From positions 62,001 to 126,000 of the forward strand of contig NIVC01001302.1 in the NCBI GenBank assembly GCA_002269645.1: DNA of 64,000 nt, read 5' to 3'. This document shows positions 49,692 through 60,335 of the stretch, one piece after another. The stretch comes from Macrostomum lignano. Lineage: Eukaryota. Position 1 is the first letter of the stretch; the number at the start of each line of letters is the position of its first letter. The translations under genes and the position numbers were made by a program. The notes beneath the pieces were generated by a model, which was not told where the DNA came from, searched no databases, and was given only the letters and a program-made list of their open reading frames with translations.

Positions 49692-50114
49692 TTCTGCTGA
49701 TGCTCTGATCTTCAAATTCTGCCGCCTGGCTAAGGATTTATTTTAGCTAAATAGAATGGAATGCAGTTCTCGCTTTGATGCTTGTTTTGTTATTACACAC
49801 TGAGAAGTAATAGCAAAAGTCGAATTCTGCTTTTTTTCTCTAGTACATGCCGTACTTAACATCGCAAAATGATAATGCTATGTTTCGGTATCCCGCTTAG
49901 CTTAATTGTTGTTGTTGCCTCATATTTATCGCTTTTATCGTACAAAACATTTTGAAAATAAATGATAGCATAATTATAGTTAATATGCGTTTCACTTTTT
50001 TCGTTTTCTTGTTTAATTTTCTTTTTTAAAACAAGGTTGGGCGCCTTTTAATCTGCGAGCCTAACTCAACGCAACTACTTTGGATGTTAAAACCGGCAAC
50101 TTTCAAGTCTCAGC

Positions 50115-50650
50115 AGATTCGAAAATCGATAATAACCCTACATGATTTAGGAGGCTGTTGGCTGACTGGAAAATTGATAACCCTAGATGTTTAGGGATTG
50201 GTTGCCCGCGGGAAAATCGATAATAACCCTAGATGTTTAGGGATTGGTTGCCCGCGGGAAAATCGATAATAACCCTAGATGGGTTAGCGGGGAGTCGGTG
50301 GCTCACTGGAAAATCGATAATACCCTAGATTAACTAGGGGGTTGATGGCCCACTAACAATCGATAAGGACCCTAAGTGGGTTTGAAGTTGGTAGCCCAGA
50401 AGGCCCACAGGAAAATCGATAATAACCCTGAATGGGTTAGGGGGGTTCGTGGCCCACTGGAAAATCAATATAACCCTAGATGGATTAGGGGGGTTGTGGC
50501 CCACAGGAAATCAATAATAACCCTAGATAGGTTAGGGGGTTGGTGGCCCACTTAAAAATCGATAATAACCCTTCTAGATGGGTTGGAAGTTTGTGGCCAC
50601 TCAAAAATCGATAATAACCCTAGATGGGTTGGGGGTTGATGGCCCACTGA
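50115..50650 (+). repeat. degenerate minisatellite of about 46 bp (aaaatcgataataaccctagatg..ttaggg..cccac)
   Basis: Period of 46 bp (50211 to 50257). Confidence 0.85.
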
Positions 50651-51084
50651 AAAATTGCTGAGATTGCAACGGTATGTCCTTATACTCATAGATTTGGAAT
50701 AATATAGCCCAGTGAAGGCTGTGAGTCTCTCTTAACGCAGTGTTAAAATGAGTTAAATTAAGCTGCACAGTTCTTTGCTCTGTCCCATTATCTAGTCCTG
50801 CCGCTAATACAGCTGAATGCTTTTTTGGAAATTTTTTTATATTCCATTAGTTTAGTTGAGCGTAGTTAAATTCTTTTAATTTGTCTCGCGCGAATTTTAT
50901 TAAGTTGCAAGATATACTACTTGTCAGCTCCAGATGAGCCTATGTTAAGCGTTTTCCTTTTATTTTAGTTATTATGCAGACAATGCTTTTTGTTTTGGAA
51001 GATAAACCCGAAATTTTTATTTACTTATGATTTTTGCTTTCAGCTTAATTCCAGTTAACCCTTTTTCTGTGAACCACCAATAAA

Positions 51085-51285
51085 CCCTTCTTAGCCTCAC
51101 AGAATCTCCTTAAACCCTTCATAGCCTCACAGAATCTCCTTAAACCCTACTTAGCCTCACAATCTCCTTAAACCCTACTTAGCCTCACAATCTCCTTAAA
51201 CCCTACTTAGCCTCACGAAATTTCCTTAAACCCTACTTAGCCTCACAGAATCGCCAATAAACCCCCTTTAGTCTCACAGAATCGC
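51085..51285 (+). repeat. minisatellite of about 30 bp (cttagcctcacagaatctccttaaacccta)
   Basis: About 6 tandem units. Confidence 0.85.
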
Positions 51286-52125
51286 ATAAAGGGGGAGAAA
51301 TCTATTTGATTAATAGATTTTCACCTGTGCAGCTCATACGCATGAATTACTGCTACTAGTAGTACAAGTCGGCATTTTCTGCTATGTTTACTCTAATCTG
51401 ACAGTTTTTTTATTATAATGAAAGAGAGAAGGCTTGGACCACAGATAGTAAAATAATAACTAGACGGGCCACTCAGGCATATATACTTAGTAAAACAGCT
51501 TTCTATTGTACTTCCAGTTCAGTAGCAAAGAAGAATACATAAGCTATTTTATAATAGTAAAGGCGGCTGAAATGACTTTGATAAGTTTAGAAGCCCAAGC
51601 TTGAAGGCGTAAACAACTTGCTAATTGGTTCAGCAGTAATGTACATTAGCCAGTCCACTGAAATGTACATGGCAGCTTTAGGTTGGAATTCTGAGAAAGG
51701 CAATAAAATTGAGGCGGGGCGGGGGGGGGGTAGTGTAGAAAGGCGCGTTCCGAGGGTTTAAGCTGAGGGTAAGAGCCAATAAATGAGCCTTGGCTTTAAA
51801 ATGCATTAAAATGCTTCTGTTTAACTTACTACTGAACTGAAAGTAGCTTACGCGCAAATGTGCTAAGCGGCTTGTCTAGTTATTCTAGTTGTGGGACGAT
51901 GAGCCAGTAAGTGGCATAGAAAAAAAGGCGAGCGAAGCGAGAATTTTTTTCTATGGTGCTTACTTTTGCGAAATCGTCCCTGATAAGATTGGGTAACGGT
52001 GTCACATAGGAAAATGACGTTTTTCAACTTTGAAACGCTGCGCATAAAAAACGGTACGACCGATTTACAAACAGTTTTTGCCAAAATGTGTCAAAGACCT
52101 AGCGCTATCGGATGCACAATAGTTG

Positions 52126-52166
52126 GTTGCTATGGCAACGCGTTTTGGTTGCCATGGCAACCAAAA
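52126..52166. promoter_or_regulatory. pair of RFX X-box consensus palindromes (repeated in units 2 and 3)
   Basis: GTTGCTATGGCAAC at 52126-52139 and GTTGCCATGGCAAC at 52148-52161, the latter inside a perfect 24-bp palindrome (52143-52166). Function is not shown. Confidence 0.5.
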
Positions 52167-54522
52167 ACTGCGTTTTTTCGACTTTGTCAAAAACTTTGAT
52201 CTCAAAAAATAAGGATTGAGAATATGGCAGCGCTTAGCGAGTGGGCTCAGTAAACGCGGGCATTCAAACGCTACAATGATCAGAAATGGATTTTTTGATT
52301 GTACTTTAACTTTTAGGGTAAAAGTGCAAAAAACGTGTTTTTTGAGGTCGAAAAATCGGCATTTTTTTCAACTTTGCCTCACCGCAGCGAAAAGGACGCG
52401 CGATAGCGCGGCCTTTGAGCTGCCTCATAGCGTCAATAACACCTGGGGCTGTTTGATGCGCTATAGTTTTTAGGGCTAAAATGTACTTTTCACATGGCTG
52501 CCTATCTGCTGTTTAAAAGTACAAATTTTTAGTGCACTTTTGTGAGGCCTATGGCGTCGAGATGGAAAACTTTATTTTTGCTGTTTTGTATACCAAATAA
52601 CTCAAATGGATGTCTTCTATTCGGAAACATTGAGATTTGGCCGATTGGGCCATCAATAACCTGCCTAGGTGCCAAAGAGTGCCTAAAAACGACATTTTCG
52701 AAAAATTGGGTCACGTTTTCAAAAAGTAGTCCCCAAAAATAAGGAAGCGTTTTATGCTACGGTGTTGAGACTTTAACACGACGTGTCAAACATTTGGAAA
52801 TTTGTTTTCCTGAATTTTCTAAGCATTGGGACCTACCTGTGCTGAGCAGTGACCCGGAAACCAGGGAAAAAAGAGGCCGGGGGCTCTGCAGAAAATCAAA
52901 CGTTGTTAAGGAAATTTTTTTAAAATGGGGCGAATTTTTTCGAGTGTAGTGTCAAATTGTAGCCCATCGGATGCCCTTTTGAATGACATAAGACACTCCT
53001 GAAAAAACCCCTGTTAACAGGTACTTTTTACCTGTTAAGTGAAAAACGGCCCATTTGGGGGTACAAACTTTGAAGTCGAAAAATAAGAAATTTTGCGCAC
53101 CGATTTTTCTGCATTTTCAATATTGTTTAGTCGAATAGCTAAAGTTTCACCGGTCATACGCCAATATGGCTGGAAAATTCGTATTTTTGAGCAAACTGCA
53201 TCTGATTTTGAAAAATGCAATTTTTCGGCCAATTTTTTGTACATGTTTTTCAACCTTGCCCGTACTGCAGCGAAAAGGACGCGCAATAGCGCGGCTTTTG
53301 AGCTGCTGCATAATGTAAACAACACCTGGGGCTTTTAGATGCGCTATAATTTTTTGGGCTAAAATGTACTTTTGACATGGCTGCCTATCTGCACTTTAAA
53401 AGTACAAACCGTTTGTGCACTTTAAAGAGGCTTATCCTATACAGATGCAAATCTTGATTTTTTCAATTTTTCAACCCAAATCACTCAAATGGATGTCTTT
53501 TATTCGGAAATGCTGAGATCTGCTTGATTGGGCCATTCATTGCTGCTCTATATGGCTACAAGGGTCAAAAAGAGTGTTTTTGAAAATTTGGGTCACGTTT
53601 TCAAAAAGTAGTCTCCAAAAATAAGAAAGTGTTTTAAGCTACGGTGTTGAAATTTTAACAAAACGTGTCAAACATATGGAAATTTGTTTTCCTAAATTTT
53701 CTAAGCATTTGGACCTACCTGTGCGGAGCAGTGACCCGGAAACCGGGGAAAAAAGAGGCCGGGGGACTCGACCAAAAAAGCATATGTTGTTAAAGAAAAA
53801 TTTTTATTACTGGGCGAATTTTTTCGAATGTGGTGTCAAATTGTAGCCCATCGGATGCCCTTTTGAATGACATAAGACACTCCTGAAAAAACCCCTGTTA
53901 ACAGGTACTTTTTACCTGTTAATTGAAAAACGGCCCTTTTGGGGTACAAACTTTGAAGTCGAAAAATAAGAAATTTTGCGCACCGATTTTTCTGCATTTT
54001 CAATATTGTTTAGTCGAATAGCTGAAGTTACACCGGTCATACGCCAATATGGCTGGAAAATTCGTATTTTTGAGAAAATTGGCTCCGAATTTTGAGTAGG
54101 CCATTTTTGGGCAAATTTTGAGCATACTTTTGCTAATAACTCTGCATTGGCGAGACCTAGAGACTCAAGTTTGGTGTCTAAAAACAGCACTATGGATGCA
54201 TTATGCAGCTAAATCAGTTTTGAAAACTGATTCTTAGGTTAACAGGTCTTAATACCTGTTTGATTACCTGCCAGAACAGGTGAAAATTAATATTTTGGCG
54301 CCTAGCAGCCGAAAAATTTGTTGACATAATTTGAAAATGCATTGGATGAATGCGCCTTGATGTTATCTCTGTAACGACATGCGACTCGTATTTTTAGGTA
54401 GAAGCGTTGCGATGCAACGAGCAGAAATGTATGAAAAAGCAGAAAAAATGGTAGAAATGGCTGCTATTAGCGATATTCGATATAAAATACGTGTACAATA
54501 GGCCAACTTAGTAAGCAATTTG

Positions 54523-54598
54523 TGGCTCAGTGGCAGAGTTAGTTTCCATATAATTCAGTGCTGCAGGGTTCGATTCCCAAGAGATCCGAAAAATTTTT
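54523..54598 (+). promoter_or_regulatory. Pol III type-2 internal promoter-like module (A box, B box, T5)
   Basis: TGGCTCAGTGG at 54523-54533, GGTTCGATTCC at 54567-54577 and TTTTT at 54594-54598; copies start at 58748 and 62970. Confidence 0.55.
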
Positions 54599-54904
54599 AG
54601 TTTAAAGTTCTTTTAGAGCAAACAGTTTTTTAGTATTTTTATTTCTCTAACTATTATGTTTTTTATACAATTAAATTACATTTATTTAAATTTATTTTTC
54701 TTTTTATACGTATTTAAAGAGTAACAGTGAATCTTTTAGTGCGGCACGTATGATTGTTAGTGCAAAAAGTATATTACGATACATGTCGGCAAGCAAGTAT
54801 TTGATGTCTGGTCGTTTGAAGGCTAGAATATAGTTGTAACATATTACAAAGACGTGTTTAGATGTGGGAAAAGTTCTCGAGGGGTGGTGGAGCGGTGGGG
54901 GAGC

Positions 54905-56002
54905 CAGCCCCCTTTACCACTAGACTAACTAATGCCAGGGGCGTGGGGGGCGGCTAGCCCCCACTATACCACTATACCACTAGACTAACTAATGCCAGGG
55001 GCGTGGGGGGCGGCCAGCCCCCACTATACCACTAGACTAACTAATGCCAGGGGCGTGGGGGGCGGCCAGCCCCCACTATACCACTAGACTAACTAATGCC
55101 AGGGGCGTGGGGGGCGGCCAGCCCCCTACTATACCACTAGACTAACTAATGCCAGGGGCGTGGGGGGGCGGCTAGCCCCCACTATACCACTATACCACTA
55201 GACTAACTAATGCCAGGGGCGTGGGGGGCGGCCAGCCCCCACTATACCACTAGACTAACTAATGCCAGGGGCGTGGGGGCGGCCAGCCCCCCACTATACC
55301 ACTAGACTAACTAATGCCAGGGGCGTGGGGGCGGCGAGCCCCCCACTATACCACTAGACTAATAAATGCCAGGGGCGTGGGGGGCGGCCAGCCCCCACTA
55401 TACCACTAGACTAACTAATGCCATGGGCGTGGGGGCGGCCAGCCCCCCACTATACCACTAGACTAACTAATGCCAGGGGCGTGGGGGCGGCCAGCCCCCA
55501 CTATACCACTTAGACTAACTAATGCCAGGGGCGTGGGGGCGGCCAGCCCTCCACTATACCACTAGACTAACTAATGCCAGGGGCGTGGGGGGCGGCCAGC
55601 CCCCACTATACCACTAGACTAATAAATGCCAGGGGCGTGGGGGGCGGCCAGCCCCCACTATACCACTAGACTAACTAACGCTAGGGGCGTGGGGGGCGGC
55701 CAGCCCCCCACTATACCACTAGACTAATAAATGCCAGGGGCGTGGGGGCGGCCAGCCCCCACTATACCACTAGACTAACTAACGCCAGGGGCGTGGGGGG
55801 GCGGCCAGCCCCCTACTATACCACTAGACTAACTAATGCCAGGGGCGTGGGGGCGGCCAGCCCCCACTATACCACTAGACTAACTAATGCCAGGGGCGTG
55901 GGGGCGGCCAGCCCCCCACTATACCACTTAGACTAACTAATGCCAGGGCGGCCAGCCCCCCACTATACCACTAGACTAACTAATGCCAGGGGCGTGGGGG
56001 GC
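54905..56002 (+). repeat. 51-bp GC-hairpin minisatellite (also at about 59130-60223 and 63350-64000)
   Basis: ccactagactaactaatgccaggggcgtgggggcggccagcccccactata, about 21 copies per unit. Confidence 0.96.
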
Positions 56003-56114
56003 TTTTTAGCTCTCAATTTAGGTTAAATAAATAGATGTCATAGCCATAAACAATAATTGACACAATATAAACCATCGTCCCACCTTTGAAGACGACAGCG
56101 TCTTCATTCACTAG

Positions 56115-59100
56115 TTGTGGGACGATGAGCCAGTAAGTGGCATAGAAAAAAAGGCGAGCGAAGCGAGAATTTTTTTCTATGGTGCTTACTTTTGCGAAAT
56201 CGTCCCTGATAAGATTGGGTAACGGTGTCACATAGGAAAATGACGTTTTTCAACTTTGAAACGCTGCGCATAAAAAACGGTACGACCGATTTACAAACAG
56301 TTTTTGCCAAAATGTGTCAAAGACCTAGCGCTATCGGATGCACAATAGTTGGTTGCTATGGCAACGCGTTTTGGTTGCCATGGCAACCAAAAACTGCGTT
56401 TTTTCGACTTTGTCAAAAACTTTGATCTCAAAAAATAAGGATTGAGAATATGGCAGCGCTTAGCGAGTGGGCTCAGTAAACGCGGGCATTCAAACGCTAC
56501 AATGATCAGAAATGGATTTTTTGATTGTACTTTAACTTTTAGGGTAAAAGTGCAAAAAACGTGTTTTTTGAGGTCGAAAAATCGGCATTTTTTTCAACTT
56601 TGCCTCACCGCAGCGAAAAGGACGCGCGATAGCGCGGCCTTTGAGCTGCCTCATAGCGTCAATAACACCTGGGGCTGTTTGATGCGCTATAGTTTTTAGG
56701 GCTAAAATGTACTTTTCACATGGCTGCCTATCTGCTGTTTAAAAGTACAAATTTTTAGTGCACTTTTGTGAGGCCTATGGCGTCGAGATGGAAAACTTTA
56801 TTTTTGCTGTTTTGTATACCAAATAACTCAAATGGATGTCTTCTATTCGGAAACATTGAGATTTGGCCGATTGGGCCATCAATAACCTGCCTAGGTGCCA
56901 AAGAGTGCCTAAAAACGACATTTTCGAAAAATTGGGTCACGTTTTCAAAAAGTAGTCCCCAAAAATAAGGAAGCGTTTTATGCTACGGTGTTGAGACTTT
57001 AACACGACGTGTCAAACATTTGGAAATTTGTTTTCCTGAATTTTCTAAGCATTGGGACCTACCTGTGCTGAGCAGTGACCCGGAAACCAGGGAAAAAAGA
57101 GGCCGGGGGCTCTGCAGAAAATCAAACGTTGTTAAGGAAATTTTTTTAAAATGGGGCGAATTTTTTCGAGTGTAGTGTCAAATTGTAGCCCATCGGATGC
57201 CCTTTTGAATGACATAAGACACTCCTGAAAAAACCCCTGTTAACAGGTACTTTTTACCTGTTAAGTGAAAAACGGCCCATTTGGGGTACAAACTTTGAAG
57301 TCGAAAAATAAGAAATTTTGCGCACCGATTTTTCTGCATTTTCAATATTGTTTAGTCGAATAGCTAAAGTTTCACCGGTCATACGCCAATATGGCTGGAA
57401 AATTCGTATTTTTGAGCAAACTGCATCTGATTTTGAAAAATGCAATTTTTCGGCCAATTTTTTGTACATGTTTTTCAACCTTGCCCGTACTGCAGCGAAA
57501 AGGACGCGCAATAGCGCGGCTTTTGAGCTGCTGCATAATGTAAACAACACCTGGGGCTTTTAGATGCGCTATAATTTTTTGGGCTAAAATGTACTTTTGA
57601 CATGGCTGCCTATCTGCACTTTAAAAGTACAAACCGTTTGTGCACTTTAAAGAGGCTTATCCTATACAGATGCAAATCTTGATTTTTTCAATTTTTCAAC
57701 CCAAATCACTCAAATGGATGTCTTTTATTCGGAAATGCTGAGATCTGCTTGATTGGGCCATTCATTGCTGCTCTATATGGCTACAAGGGTCAAAAAGAGT
57801 GTTTTTGAAAATTTGGGTCACGTTTTCAAAAAGTAGTCTCCAAAAATAAGAAAGTGTTTTAAGCTACGGTGTTGAAATTTTAACAAAACGTGTCAAACAT
57901 ATGGAAATTTGTTTTCCTAAATTTTCTAAGCATTTGGACCTACCTGTGCGGAGCAGTGACCCGGAAACCGGGGAAAAAAGAGGCCGGGGGACTCGACCAA
58001 AAAAGCATATGTTGTTAAAGAAAAATTTTTATTACTGGGCGAATTTTTTCGAATGTGGTGTCAAATTGTAGCCCATCGGATGCCCTTTTGAATGACATAA
58101 GACACTCCTGAAAAAACCCCTGTTAACAGGTACTTTTTACCTGTTAATTGAAAAACGGCCCTTTTGGGGTACAAACTTTGAAGTCGAAAAATAAGAAATT
58201 TTGCGCACCGATTTTTCTGCATTTTCAATATTGTTTAGTCGAATAGCTGAAGTTACACCGGTCATACGCCAATATGGCTGGAAAATTCGTATTTTTGAGA
58301 AAATTGGCTCCGAATTTTGAGTAGGCCATTTTTGGGCAAATTTTGAGCATACTTTTGCTAATAACTCTGCATTGGCGAGACCTAGAGACTCAAGTTTGGT
58401 GTCTAAAAACAGCACTATGGATGCATTATGCAGCTAAATCAGTTTTGAAAACTGATTCTTAGGTTAACAGGTCTTAATACCTGTTTGATTACCTGCCAGA
58501 ACAGGTGAAAATTAATATTTTGGCGCCTAGCAGCCGAAAAATTTGTTGACATAATTTGAAAATGCATTGGATGAATGCGCCTTGATGTTATCTCTGTAAC
58601 GACATGCGACTCGTATTTTTAGGTAGAAGCGTTGCGATGCAACGAGCAGAAATGTATGAAAAAGCAGAAAAAATGGTAGAAATGGCTGCTATTAGCGATA
58701 TTCGATATAAAATACGTGTACAATAGGCCAACTTAGTAAGCAATTTGTGGCTCAGTGGCAGAGTTAGTTTCCATATAATTCAGTGCTGCAGGGTTCGATT
58801 CCCAAGAGATCCGAAAAATTTTTAGTTTAAAGTTCTTTTAGAGCAAACAGTTTTTTAGTATTTTTATTTCTCTAACTATTATGTTTTTTATACAATTAAA
58901 TTACATTTATTTAAATTTATTTTTCTTTTTATACGTATTTAAAGAGTAACAGTGAATCTTTTAGTGCGGCACGTATGATTGTTAGTGCAAAAAGTATATT
59001 ACGATACATGTCGGCAAGCAAGTATTTGATGTCTGGTCGTTTGAAGGCTAGAATATAGTTGTAACATATTACAAAGACGTGTTTAGATGTGGGAAAAGTT

Positions 59101-60335
59101 CTCGAGGGGTGGTGGAGCGGTGGGGGAGCCAGCCCCCCTTTACCACTAGACTAACTAATGCCAGGGGCGTGGGGGCGGCTAGCCCCCACTATACCACTAT
59201 ACCACTAGACTAACTAATGCCAGGGGCGTGGGGGGCGGCCAGCCCCCACTATACCACTAGACTAACTAATGCCAGGGGCGTGGGGGCGGCCAGCCCCCAC
59301 TATACCACTAGACTAACTAATGCCAGGGGCGTGGGGGCGGCCAGCCCCCTACTATACCACTAGACTAACTAATGCCAGGGGCGTGGGGGGCGGCTAGCCC
59401 CCACTATACCACTATACCACTAGACTAACTAATGCCAGGGGCGTGGGGGCGGCCAGCCCCCACTATACCACTAGACTAACTAATGCCAGGGGCGTGGGGG
59501 CGGCCAGCCCCCCACTATACCACTAGACTAACTAATGCCAGGGGCGTGGGGGCGGCGAGCCCCCCACTATACCACTAGACTAATAAATGCCAGGGGCGTG
59601 GGGGCGGCCAGCCCCCACTATACCACTAGACTAACTAATGCCAGGGGCGTGGGGGCGGCCAGCCCCCACTATACCACTAGACTAACTAATGCCAGGGGCG
59701 TGGGGGCGGCCAGCCCCCCACTATACCACTTAGACTAACTAATGCCAGGGGCGTGGGGGCGGCCAGCCCCCACTATACCACTAGACTAACTAATGCCAGG
59801 GGCGTGGGGGCGGCCAGCCCCCACTATACCACTAGACTAATAAATGCCAGGGGCGTGGGGGCGGCCAGCCCCCACTATACCACTAGACTAACTAACGCTA
59901 GGGGCGTGGGGGGCGGCCAGCCCCCCACTATACCACTAGACTAATAAATGCCAGGGGCGTGGGGGGCGGCCAGCCCCCCACTATACCACTAGACTAACTA
60001 ACGCCAGGGGCGTGGGGGGGCGGCCAGCCCCCTACTATACCACTAGACTAACTAATGCCAGGGGCGTGGGGGGCGGCCAGCCCCCCACTATACCACTAGA
60101 CTAACTAATGCCAGGGGCGTGGGGGGCGGCCAGCCCCCCACTATACCACTTAGACTAACTAATGCCAGGGCGGCCAGCCCCCACTATACCACTAGACTAA
60201 CTAATGCCAGGGGCGTGGGGGGCTTTTTAGCTCTCAATTTAGGTTAAATAAATAGATGTCATAGCCATAAACAATAATTGACACAATATAAACCATCGTC
60301 CCACCTTTGAAGACGACAGCGTCTTCATTCACTAG
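56115..60335 (+). mobile_element. Helentron/HINE-like element, unit 2 (4221 bp)
   Basis: Near-identical head-to-tail copy; junction CTAG|TTGTGGGACGATG. Confidence 0.8.

Larger units (their letters stand above)
51889..56114 (+). mobile_element. non-autonomous Helentron/HINE-like element, unit 1 (4226 bp)
   Basis: 5' TT plus subTIR gtgggacgatg (51891-51901). 3' subTIR catcgtcccac (56073-56083), hairpin tgaagacg-acag-cgtcttca (56087-56106) and terminal CTAG. No coding capacity. Confidence 0.8.

Noticed and set aside
54515-54590. Possible tRNA genes here and at 20791-20850
   Set aside because: A/B boxes or an anticodon arm are present, but no acceptor stem or full cloverleaf can be drawn.
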